NCBI GenBank assembly: GCA_021161775.1
Contig: JAGGZY010000003.1
Span: 1-56,568, forward strand
Direction: 5' to 3'
Length of the DNA stretch: 56,568 bases
Source of the DNA: Dehalococcoidales bacterium
GTDB lineage: Bacteria > Chloroflexota > Dehalococcoidia > Dehalococcoidales > UBA5760
Shown piece by piece: positions 45,166-54,171 of the stretch. A program made the position numbers and the translations under genes. Each line of letters begins with the position of its first letter. Within the stretch, counting starts at the first letter, position 1. Under the pieces are notes generated by a model that saw only the letters and a program-made list of their open reading frames with translations, did no database searches and had not been told where the DNA came from.

Positions 45166-45527
45166 ACCGCCGTGATACTGGCATCCTTGGCGAAAAGCTA
45201 GCTCAAAACTTCCTGAAAAAGCGTGGCTATTACATCAGGGAAACCAACTATCGCTGCCCCTATGGCGAGGTTGACATTATCGCCACCCGTAATGACTACC
45301 TAGTCTTTATTGAGGTGAGAACCAAAAAAAGTCTCCAGTTTGGTAGTCCTGAGGAATCGGTCACTCAAGCCAAGAAGGAGCGACTTAAGGCTACCGCTCA
45401 GCATTACCAACAGAACCATGATAATCTACCCTCCCTGTGGCGCATTGATTTTGTAGCTGTAGAATTGAATCAACCGGGGGATATCCAGCGAATTGAGCTT
45501 ATCGAAAACGCCGTCAGTGAAGATTAA
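45162..45527 (+). CDS. yraN: YraN-family (UPF0102) endonuclease-like protein
   Basis: Contains GEKLAQNFLKKRGY and GEVDIIA ... VFIEVRTK. There is a 4-nt ATGA overlap with rnhB. Confidence 0.85.
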   Translation: MNRRDTGILGEKLAQNFLKKRGYYIRETNYRCPYGEVDIIATRNDYLVFIEVRTKKSLQFGSPEESVTQAKKERLKATAQHYQQNHDNLPSLWRIDFVAVELNQPGDIQRIELIENAVSED

Positions 45528-45560
45528 CCAAGTTTTCCTCTTTACCTCCTAAGTCAGGCT

Positions 45561-46658
45561 ATGCTAAAATTAATCTCAGCGGTTATGGATATAATCCCAA
45601 CAGAGGTATTGCGCATTATTGATGTTAACCTGAACCGTGTTAGCGAAGGGTTGCGGGTTCTGGAAGACATCGCTCGTCTAGCACTTAATGACCCTTCGTT
45701 AAGCCAGCAGTTAAAGAATATGCGTCACCAGTTGGTGGAGACCAACCAGTCGTTTCAGCAGCAACTTATTCAGGCTCGTGATGCGGAGTATGATATTGGC
45801 CAGAATATGGTTGCCCCGGGACAGGAAAAACCCAAGGAGCTATCAGTCGTGGTAATAGCTAATGCTAGAAGGGTTCAGCAATCCCTCAGAACTATTGAGG
45901 AACTAGCCAAGACCAAACCCCTAGCTTCTAAGATGGATGCCGAAAGGTTCAAGCAATCCCGGTTTGAGCTCTATTCCATAGAGCGGGGGCTACTGTCCCG
46001 ACTATTCCGCCGGGATAAGCTAGAGAATATCCGCGGGCTTTATGCCATTATCGATACCCAAGCCCTGAGGGGGCGTAATTATATTGAGGTCGCTCGACAG
46101 TTAATCGACGGTGGCACCAGGATAATCCAATTGCGGGACAAAATATCAACTAAGCCAGAGCTACTGGTGATTGCCCAACAGCTCAAAGGGCTATGTAGTA
46201 AGCATCAGGTGCTGTTTATCGTGAATGATTATCTGGACTTAGCCCTGGCTAGCGATGCCGATGGACTGCATCTAGGACAACATGACCTGCCTATCAGGGT
46301 AGCTCGTCGGCTACTGCCCATAGATAAACTCATCGGCAGCTCCACTAATACCGTAGACCAGGCAATTGCTGCCGCGGCTAGCGGAGCTGACTATATTGCC
46401 GTTGGCGCTATGTATACCACCACCTCCAAGGAAAAGCCGATAATTGTCGGCCCCGACCGGCTACGCCAGATTCGGCAGGCGGTAGCCTTACCCCTAGTAG
46501 CTATTGGTGGTATCACTAAAGATAATGCAGTAGAGGTTATTAACGCTGGGGCTAATTCGGTAGCTGTGATTAGTAGTCTACTTCAGGCAGAATCTCCCCA
46601 GGCGGCTGCCCGACAAATAGTATCTCAGATTGAGGCATTGGATGAGCCAATTAATTGA
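45561..46658 (+). CDS. thiE: Thiamine-phosphate synthase with an approximately 150-aa N-terminal extension
   Basis: The C-terminal half carries LYAIIDT, IQLRDK, VNDYLDLA, DGLHLGQHD and AIGGIT. The N-terminal helical region is unassigned. Confidence 0.85.
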   Translation: MLKLISAVMDIIPTEVLRIIDVNLNRVSEGLRVLEDIARLALNDPSLSQQLKNMRHQLVETNQSFQQQLIQARDAEYDIGQNMVAPGQEKPKELSVVVIANARRVQQSLRTIEELAKTKPLASKMDAERFKQSRFELYSIERGLLSRLFRRDKLENIRGLYAIIDTQALRGRNYIEVARQLIDGGTRIIQLRDKISTKPELLVIAQQLKGLCSKHQVLFIVNDYLDLALASDADGLHLGQHDLPIRVARRLLPIDKLIGSSTNTVDQAIAAAASGADYIAVGAMYTTTSKEKPIIVGPDRLRQIRQAVALPLVAIGGITKDNAVEVINAGANSVAVISSLLQAESPQAAARQIVSQIEALDEPIN

Positions 46659-46829
46659 TAATTTAGACCTGATTGTCGCACAATTCAGGCTTGCGTCACA
46701 CCACCAGTATAGTTTATAGTATTTCAGTGAATTCGTGGTGACCCCACCCTGGTTATTTATCAAAACTACAAAAAGTGACTAGAGAAAAAACTAAATCCTA
46801 ACCCTTGACACTAAAAACTGAAAGGAGCT

Positions 46830-48893
46830 TTGATAAACCTAATGTCAATTGCAGCTAACCCAATGACAATCGCCATTATTTGTGGGGCTATCGGGCTGGG
46901 TGTTGCCGGTGCGATGGCACGTTATGTCCTGAAGCAAGACCAGGGCTCCGGCCGGATACGACAGATATCTACCGCCATTAAGGAGGGCGCCCTCGCCTTC
47001 CTTGGCCGGGAATATAAAATCCTGGCAATATTTGTGGCTGTAGTTGCCGTTATTCTGGGCATTATCCCCAGTCTCGGTTGGTGGGTAACCCTAGCCTTTG
47101 TTGGTGGGGCTATCTGCTCAGCACTAGCCGGCTACATCGGGATGAATATTGCCATCAGAGCCAACTCCCGAACTGCCGCTGCTGCTCAGCAGAGCCTGAA
47201 TAGCGGCCTACGTATCTCCTTTCGCAGCGGGGCGGTAATGGGAATGACCGTGGTCGGTATCGGTATCTTGGGTTTAAGTGTCTTCTATTTCGCCTTTAAC
47301 CAAAGCCCCGATTTCCTGAAGATTATCCCTGCCTTTGGTTTTGGGGCTTCGTCAGTAGCTATCTTTGCCCGGATTGGTGGGGGAATATTCACCAAAGCCG
47401 CTGACACCGGGGCTGACATTGTGGGTAAGGTAGAGAAGGGAATCCCCGAGGATGACCCTCGAAATGCTGCCGTCATCGCCGATTTTGTTGGCGATAATGT
47501 TGGTGATGTTGCTGGTATGGGTGCCGACCTCTTTGAATCCTATGTTGACTCCATCATTGCTACCATGGCACTGGGCACCATCGCTGTTTTCTCCACCAAA
47601 CTGCTGCCCGATATGAAAACCGCCTGGCTCTTGCCGATGATGATCGCCGCCGGTGGTATCATTGCCTCCATTATCGGCATATTTGCTGTCAAGGTAGGGA
47701 AAGCCACCGCTAAGATGAAAGCCTTGCTTAATGCCCTTCGCCGAGGGACTATCCTATCCGCGGTGCTGACGGCAGTCTTTGCTTTCCTATCGGTTCACTT
47801 TATGTTCCATCTCGATAACAATGTCTTCTGGGCTATTCTAGCGGGCCTCATTGCCGGGGTTGCCATCGGGGAGAGTACTAACTACTTTACCTCCTACTCC
47901 TACAAACCAACCCTTAACATCGCCAAGTCATCTCAGACCGGCGCCGGGACACTTATTACCAGTGGTTTTGCCAATGGACTAATGAGCACCCTGCCCCCTA
48001 TCCTGCTGGTCGTCGCCGCGATGTTAATCGCTCACCACTTCGCCGGCATCTACGGTATCGCCATTGCTGGGGTAGGTATGCTATCCACCCTAGGGATGCA
48101 GGATGCCACTGACGCCTTCGGACCAGTGGCTGATAATGCTGGCGGTATTGTGGAGATGTCCAACCTGCCCCCGGAGGTCAGGGAGCGAACCGACGCCCTG
48201 GATTCACTGGGTAACACTACCGCCGCTACCGGTAAGGGGTTTGCTATTGGTGCCGCCGGGCTCACTGCTTTAGCCCTACTCCTCGCCTACACTCAGGCAG
48301 CCGGCATTAGATTTGCCGATATCAGCCTGCTTGACCCCAAGGTGATTGCTGGCATCTTTATCGGGGTGATGATACCCGCCATCTTCTGCGCCCTGACCCT
48401 GAATGCAGTGGGTAAAACCAGCTTTGCTATCGTTAACGAGGTTCGCCGCCAATTCCGTGAGATAAAAGGGCTGATGACAGGAACAGCTAAACCCGAATAT
48501 GGAAAGTGTGTAGATATCTGCACCCGGTCAGCCATCAAACAGATGATAGTTCCCGGTATAATGACCATTGTTGCCCCTATCGTAGTCGGTATCGTACTCG
48601 GGAAGGTAGCTCTAGGAGGTTTCCTTATCGGAGCAGTAGCCTGCGGCTTCATACTGGCAGTTACCTTCTCCAATGCTGGTGGCTCCTGGGATAATGCCAA
48701 GAAATGGATAGAGACCGGTGTCTTCGGCGGCAAAGGTTCCGAGGCTCATAAAGCCTCGGTGGTTGGTGATACTGTGGGCGACCCGATGAAGGATACCTCA
48801 GGGCCATCGCTGAACATCATGATAAAGCTAATGTCTATCGTGGCACTGGTACTGGCACCGGTGTTCGTTACCTTTGGCAACGGCTTACTCTAA
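46830..48893 (+). CDS. hppA: Membrane-bound proton/sodium-translocating pyrophosphatase
   Basis: Contains GGGIFTKAADTGADIVGKVE, DNVGDVAGMGADLFES and GDTVGDPMKDTSGPSLN. The start is either TTG at 46830 or ATG at 46842. Confidence 0.93.
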   Translation: MINLMSIAANPMTIAIICGAIGLGVAGAMARYVLKQDQGSGRIRQISTAIKEGALAFLGREYKILAIFVAVVAVILGIIPSLGWWVTLAFVGGAICSALAGYIGMNIAIRANSRTAAAAQQSLNSGLRISFRSGAVMGMTVVGIGILGLSVFYFAFNQSPDFLKIIPAFGFGASSVAIFARIGGGIFTKAADTGADIVGKVEKGIPEDDPRNAAVIADFVGDNVGDVAGMGADLFESYVDSIIATMALGTIAVFSTKLLPDMKTAWLLPMMIAAGGIIASIIGIFAVKVGKATAKMKALLNALRRGTILSAVLTAVFAFLSVHFMFHLDNNVFWAILAGLIAGVAIGESTNYFTSYSYKPTLNIAKSSQTGAGTLITSGFANGLMSTLPPILLVVAAMLIAHHFAGIYGIAIAGVGMLSTLGMQDATDAFGPVADNAGGIVEMSNLPPEVRERTDALDSLGNTTAATGKGFAIGAAGLTALALLLAYTQAAGIRFADISLLDPKVIAGIFIGVMIPAIFCALTLNAVGKTSFAIVNEVRRQFREIKGLMTGTAKPEYGKCVDICTRSAIKQMIVPGIMTIVAPIVVGIVLGKVALGGFLIGAVACGFILAVTFSNAGGSWDNAKKWIETGVFGGKGSEAHKASVVGDTVGDPMKDTSGPSLNIMIKLMSIVALVLAPVFVTFGNGLL

Positions 48894-49493
48894 ATAGGGA
48901 TTAGCTCGCTCGGCACCAATAGTGGTCTCCGCACCATGACCGGGGTAAACCGCGATGTTATCCGCCAGCACCATAAGTTGGCTTCGGATGCTGCTAACTA
49001 GCTGACGGAAACTACCACCGGGAAGGTCGGTTCTGCCTATGCTACCCCTAAACAGGGTATCCCCGCTAAAGACGACCCCCTCCCCCAGAAAACAGACACC
49101 CCCTGGGGTATGACCCGGGGTATGTAGCACTGTAAACCTCATCCCGCCAATATCAAGATTATCCCCATCCTCAAGCAACCGGTCGGGGAAGGGTGGCCGT
49201 GGGTAGAAAAGGCTAAAGGCGATAGCTAGAGCCGGGTTATAAAGTAATCTGGTATCGCCGCTATGCATAGCTACCATTGCCCCAGTGGCTTCGCTGACCT
49301 CCTTTAAGCCACCAACATGGTCAATATGCCCGTGGGTTAAGGCAATAAGTTTTATGTCAAGTTCTAAATCGCTGACCCGTTGTAGAACCCGTTTAGCCTC
49401 AGCCCCAGGGTCAATTATCATCCCCACCCCAGCTACCCCCACAATATAGCAATTAGTCTTAAAGGGACCTACTACCAGTCTATCAACAATCAC
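48885..49493 (-). CDS. MBL-fold metallo-hydrolase (glyoxalase II-like)
   Basis: Contains THGHIDHVGG and HTPGHTPG. Confidence 0.85.
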   Translation of the reverse strand: MIVDRLVVGPFKTNCYIVGVAGVGMIIDPGAEAKRVLQRVSDLELDIKLIALTHGHIDHVGGLKEVSEATGAMVAMHSGDTRLLYNPALAIAFSLFYPRPPFPDRLLEDGDNLDIGGMRFTVLHTPGHTPGGVCFLGEGVVFSGDTLFRGSIGRTDLPGGSFRQLVSSIRSQLMVLADNIAVYPGHGAETTIGAERANPYLE

Positions 49494-49639
49494 CCCTCAC
49501 TTCCTAACAAATATCCTTTATATTCTAGCATTAAGCCAAATTAGCCACAAGAATAAGCCTAACTTTGCAATAACCTCTATTTTTAGCTACAATAATTATC
49601 AATACAGACTGTTCGGCAATCAGATTAAGGGAGGATAAA

Positions 49640-50953
49640 GTGACCCAACCAACACCAGCCAAGGTTGATATGGAAAAAATTATCTCCCTCTGCCGGCGAC
49701 GCGGTTTCATCTTCCCCAGCAGTGAAATCTACGGGGGATTAGCCAGCTTTTGGGACTATGGTCCCTTGGGGGTAGAATTAAAAAGAAACATTAAGCAAGC
49801 CTGGTGGCAGAATATGGTCCAGGAACATGATGATATGTTCGGGATTGACTCCAGTATCCTGATGCACCCCAGGGTCTGGGATGCCAGTGGCCACCTCCAG
49901 GAATTCAGCGACCCTTTAGCTGAATGCAAGAGCTGTCATAAGCGGTGGCGGGTTGACGACCTTGAGGGTAACCGATGCCCGGAGTGCGGTGGTGAGCTAA
50001 CCAAACCCCAGATGTTCAACCTGATGTTCAAAACCTTTGTCGGACCGGTGGAGGATGCTGCCAGTACCGTCTATTTACGCCCTGAGACCGCCCAGGGGAT
50101 GTTTGTCAATTTCCATAATGTCCTCAATACTACTCGCAAGAAGCTGCCCTTCGGTATTGCCCAGATAGGCAAGGCCTTCCGTAACGAGATTACCACCGGC
50201 AATTTTATCTTCCGCTGCCGCGAATTTGAGCAGATGGAGATTGAATACTTCATTAAACCAGGAACTGACGAAGAGTGGTTTGATTATTGGCTGAAGGAAA
50301 GCCACCACTGGTATCTGAAATGGGGTATTAAACCAGAAAACCTCCGACTACGCCAGCACACCAAAGGTGAGTTAGCCCACTACGCTATAAACTGCTATGA
50401 CATTGACTATCGGTTCCCGATGGGCTGGGCAGAACTGGAGGGGGTTGCCAATCGCGGCAACTTTGACCTTAGCCAACACGCCAGGTATAGCGGTAAGAGC
50501 CTCGCCTACTTCGATGAAGACACCAAGGAATCAATTACCCCCTGCGTGATTGAGCCATCAGCCGGGGTTGACCGTGCCTTTCTAGCCTTCCTCTGTGATG
50601 CCTATAGTGAGGAACCGGATAAAGAAGCCATCCGAGTAGTCCTTCACCTTCACCCCCGTCTAGCCCCCATCAAGGTGGCGATACTGCCACTGAGTAAACG
50701 AGAGTCGCTAATCTCAATCGCCAGAGAGATATATACCGAGCTACGCCACAGCTGGATGGTAAGCTATGATGATGCCCAGAGTATTGGCCGCCGCTACCGA
50801 CGTCAGGATGAGATTGGCACCCCTTATTGTGTTACCGTTGATTTTGAGTCGCTGAAGGATAAGCAGGCTACTATCCGAGACCGCGACACTATGGAGCAGA
50901 TACGGGTTCCCATCAAAGAACTGAAAACGATACTGACCGATAGACTTAGCTAG
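49640..50953 (+). CDS. glyQS: Glycine--tRNA ligase (homodimeric class II)
   Basis: Contains RRGFIFPSSEIYGG, LRPETAQG and FRNEITTGNFIFRCREFEQME. The GTG start lies 5 nt after GGGAGG. Confidence 0.93.
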   Translation: MTQPTPAKVDMEKIISLCRRRGFIFPSSEIYGGLASFWDYGPLGVELKRNIKQAWWQNMVQEHDDMFGIDSSILMHPRVWDASGHLQEFSDPLAECKSCHKRWRVDDLEGNRCPECGGELTKPQMFNLMFKTFVGPVEDAASTVYLRPETAQGMFVNFHNVLNTTRKKLPFGIAQIGKAFRNEITTGNFIFRCREFEQMEIEYFIKPGTDEEWFDYWLKESHHWYLKWGIKPENLRLRQHTKGELAHYAINCYDIDYRFPMGWAELEGVANRGNFDLSQHARYSGKSLAYFDEDTKESITPCVIEPSAGVDRAFLAFLCDAYSEEPDKEAIRVVLHLHPRLAPIKVAILPLSKRESLISIAREIYTELRHSWMVSYDDAQSIGRRYRRQDEIGTPYCVTVDFESLKDKQATIRDRDTMEQIRVPIKELKTILTDRLS

Positions 50954-50966
50954 TTAGAGGAGAAGG

Positions 50967-52208
50967 TTGAAAATCATCCATTTTGCCGACCTGCACCTCG
51001 GGGTAGAAACCTATGGCCATATTGACCCCCTAACCGGGCTGTCCTCCCGGCTCATTGATTTCCTCGCCGCCTTTGACCAGATGGTAGACTATGCCCTGGA
51101 AAATCGGGCTGACATGGTACTTTTCTGCGGTGATGCCTACAAGAATCGTGAACCAACCCAGACCCAGCAGCGGGAGTTTGCCAAGCGTATCCAGCGGCTA
51201 TCCTCTAATGACATTCCAGTTTTCCTCCTTGCCGGTAATCACGACCTGCCCAATGCCGTCGGTCGGGCAACGGCTATTGAGATTTTCGGCACCCTGAACA
51301 TTAAGAATGTTTATATTTCCAACCGCCCCGATGTCTACCGCATTCCGACCCCCAGTGGGGTCATTCAGATAGTCTCCCTGCCCTGGGTAAGACGAAGCGC
51401 CCTGCTCAGCAAAGAAACAACCAAAAATCTTAATTTCTCGGAGCTCAACCAGAAACTGGAGCAGAAATTAGCCGACATTATTGTGACTTCAGTCTCGAAG
51501 CTTGACTCCGCCCTGCCAGCGATACTCGCCGCCCATATCTGGATAACCGGGGCTCAGCCCAGCTCGGAGAGGCTAATGACTATCGGGCAGGAATATAGCC
51601 TGCTGTTAAGCAACATTGCTAACCCCGCTTTTGACTACATTGCCCTGGGTCATATCCATAAGCATCAAGTATTGTGCCAGCATCCCCCGGTTGTCTACTC
51701 TGGCAGTCTGGAGCGGCTGAATTTTGGCGAAGAGGCTGGCGACAAGGGATTCTATGTGGTAGATATTGAGCCGAATACAGAGACCTCTAAATGGCAGGCC
51801 ACAGCTAAGTTTCATCAGGTAATTGGCCGCCGCTTCCTCACCATCAAGGTTGATATTGAGCCTCAGGATATTAACCCTACCTTAACTGTGGTTAAGGCTA
51901 TCAGTGAATCGGATATCAAGCGCGCTATCGTGCGACTAAACATTAACCTACCCGCCGAGCTGGAGGGCCAGCTCCATGACAGTGACATCAGGAATGCTTT
52001 AAAAGAGGCTGATTACTTTACCATCGCCAAGGATATCCAGCGACCGTTACGGCTGAGACTGGGGACCTCAACCGCTGAAGAAGTAACCCCCACTGACGCC
52101 CTGAAAGGCTATCTCAAGTTACAGAAGCTAACCCCGAAGCGAATCCAAACCCTGCTTGACTATGGAGAAAGACTGATTCAGGAGCAACTGGCAGAACCGG
52201 AACAGTAA
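50967..52208 (+). CDS. sbcD: Mre11/SbcD-family nuclease
   Basis: Has calcineurin-like phosphoesterase motifs HFADLHLG, GDAY, GNHD and GHIH. TTG start. Confidence 0.85.
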   Translation: MKIIHFADLHLGVETYGHIDPLTGLSSRLIDFLAAFDQMVDYALENRADMVLFCGDAYKNREPTQTQQREFAKRIQRLSSNDIPVFLLAGNHDLPNAVGRATAIEIFGTLNIKNVYISNRPDVYRIPTPSGVIQIVSLPWVRRSALLSKETTKNLNFSELNQKLEQKLADIIVTSVSKLDSALPAILAAHIWITGAQPSSERLMTIGQEYSLLLSNIANPAFDYIALGHIHKHQVLCQHPPVVYSGSLERLNFGEEAGDKGFYVVDIEPNTETSKWQATAKFHQVIGRRFLTIKVDIEPQDINPTLTVVKAISESDIKRAIVRLNINLPAELEGQLHDSDIRNALKEADYFTIAKDIQRPLRLRLGTSTAEEVTPTDALKGYLKLQKLTPKRIQTLLDYGERLIQEQLAEPEQ

Positions 52209-52280
52209 GAATGTATAGTATAACATCACCAAAAACCGACCCCCAGCTAATCAAGATGCTGCCCCAGAAGACCACCGAAG

Positions 52281-53402
52281 TTGAGGTTAAGATTAAAACC
52301 CCCACTTAAATTAGACCAGGGAGCCTACATGAAGGTAGTTATTGTTGGGGCGGGGCCAGCCGGATTAATCACCGCCCTGAATCTGACAAAAAAGGGAATA
52401 AAACCCCTCGTCCTGGAGAAAAACCGAGAGCTCAAGTCAACCGCCTGCGCTGAGGGTTGTAGCCTCATCTGGCTAAATAAGGTGCCGTTTGACTCCAAGC
52501 CGTATATCGCTAAAAAGGTCAGCGGAGCCAAGATAATTTTCTCCGGAGGGGCAGTTGACCATATACCCCGAGCCTGTGCAGTTCTAGACCGAACCCGGTG
52601 GCTTAATGGCATAGCGAGGGAGGTAGAACTGAATGGCGGCGAGGTTAGATTAAATTCAGCAGTAGTTGCCGTAGACAAAGACCACCTGAGATTGAAAAAT
52701 GGCAACCATTTAGCCTATACCACCCTAATTGATGCTAGTGGGCCTAACTCTATTGCAGCCAAGTATCTCGGCATAAAGTACCAGTATATTACTGCCTCTC
52801 AGTACCGGCTCGCCGCTAACACCTCAAACATGAACGAGTTGGAGTTTTATCTGGATAAGAAATTCTCCTACGGCTATGCTTGGATATTCCCTAAAAATGG
52901 GGTTATCAATGTCGGCTTAGGAGGGGATTTTGCCTTGCTTGATGACTTTTTAAGATATCGGGGGCTGGATAGTTACCCCATAATAGACCGGGGAGTCGGG
53001 ATTATCCCCGCCTCGGGAATTCAGCAACTGGTGGAGGCTAACATTGCCTTAATCGGAGATGCGGCGTCGATGCCCAACCCTCTGTCTATGGGGGGGTTAG
53101 CACCCATTATCTGTGCCAGCCGGATACTGGTCGAAAACATCAATAATCTAGCCAACTACCAGCGGGAGATTAAACGCCACCCGATAGCAAACCCTATTCT
53201 GCTTGAAGCCGCCCGCAACCTGGTTAAACTCACTGAGCCGGATATTGCCCATATCGGACGGTTTCTCTCCGAGATTAAACCAGGAACCGGAAGGTCCCCA
53301 TCGCTAAACCGAATTGCTAAATACCCCCGGCTAGTACTAAAGCTTAATCAGTTAAAAACCCTCTATCAAGCAGGGAGAATTGCCGTGGACTACGGCTGGT
53401 AA
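52281..53402 (+). CDS. Geranylgeranyl-reductase-family FAD-dependent oxidoreductase
   Basis: Has the Rossmann motif VVIVGAGPAGL and GDAASMPNPLSMGG. The likely start is ATG at 52329 (MKVVIVG), after GGGAGC. Confidence 0.7.
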   Translation: MRLRLKPPLKLDQGAYMKVVIVGAGPAGLITALNLTKKGIKPLVLEKNRELKSTACAEGCSLIWLNKVPFDSKPYIAKKVSGAKIIFSGGAVDHIPRACAVLDRTRWLNGIAREVELNGGEVRLNSAVVAVDKDHLRLKNGNHLAYTTLIDASGPNSIAAKYLGIKYQYITASQYRLAANTSNMNELEFYLDKKFSYGYAWIFPKNGVINVGLGGDFALLDDFLRYRGLDSYPIIDRGVGIIPASGIQQLVEANIALIGDAASMPNPLSMGGLAPIICASRILVENINNLANYQREIKRHPIANPILLEAARNLVKLTEPDIAHIGRFLSEIKPGTGRSPSLNRIAKYPRLVLKLNQLKTLYQAGRIAVDYGW

Positions 53403-53436
53403 CAGAGCCCTCGATGGATGCTATCGCTGCCGCTCA

Positions 53437-54171
53437 TCAGTAATCCCGCTCAATGCCCTTGGTTCGGTTTTGCAATAGCTCAATATTGAACTCAAACCGC
53501 CGCACCCGCCATTCTCTAAGGCACTTAAGCCCTTCAGCATCGCTTAAAACATGCCAGTAACGATAGAAATCAGACACATAGAAGCGAGGCATAAACCCAG
53601 TGGTGACCGTTACTACGCTATCCGCCATCTTGGTTAACTTCCCTACTGCCACCGCTGATGCCGCCGGTACCGCTACTACGACATAATCCGGTTTACGGCG
53701 GCGCACCGATTCCACCGCTGCCATCATCGTATAACCTGAAGCCAGCCCATCATCGATAATTATCGCTGTCTTGCCACTGATGATGGATAGCGGCTTATTC
53801 CCCCGGTAGAGCAGGCTCCGCTGGCGAATATCAACCCTGACCCGATTAACCTGATAATCTATCTGCTGCTGAGTCAGGCTGATTTCCCGCAGTACATCCT
53901 GATTGAGGATTACCGCTCCGTCGTCAGCAATCGCCCCAAAACCCCCTTCAGGACGAAGCGGAATGGGGAGCTTTCGCGAGATAACCACATCAAGCTCAGC
54001 ATCCAGCGCCAGCGCTACTGGCAATGCCACCGGCAAGCCACCATTAGGAATCGCCAGTACTACTACCGATTGCTTCTTATACTCCTCCAGTCGGCTAGCT
54101 AACTGCCTCCCAGCATCATACCGATTCTCAAAAATAGGTCTCTCTCGAGGAAAGTACACATCACCTCTCAA
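53437..54171 (-). CDS. Type I phosphoribosyltransferase-family protein
   Basis: Has the PRPP loop AIIIDDGLASGYTMMAA. It overlaps the ade stop by 11 nt. Confidence 0.75.
   Translation of the reverse strand: MRGDVYFPRERPIFENRYDAGRQLASRLEEYKKQSVVVLAIPNGGLPVALPVALALDAELDVVISRKLPIPLRPEGGFGAIADDGAVILNQDVLREISLTQQQIDYQVNRVRVDIRQRSLLYRGNKPLSIISGKTAIIIDDGLASGYTMMAAVESVRRRKPDYVVVAVPAASAVAVGKLTKMADSVVTVTTGFMPRFYVSDFYRYWHVLSDAEGLKCLREWRVRRFEFNIELLQNRTKGIERDY

Noticed and set aside
45528-45560. TPP riboswitch upstream of thiE
   Set aside because: The intergenic space is 33 nt, too short for a THI element, and no CUGAGA-type core is visible.
46659-46829. Structured RNA in the thiE-hppA gap (imperfect hairpins around cctgattg/caattcagg and gtcacaccac/gtggtgac)
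   Set aside because: The stems are short and bulged, there is no U-run and no match to any RNA family I recognise. The evidence is insufficient to report as a feature.
49494-49639. T-box leader upstream of glyQS
   Set aside because: The gap is only 146 nt and is shared with a divergent gene. I could find no specifier-loop/AGAGA motif, T-box sequence or terminator/antiterminator pair.
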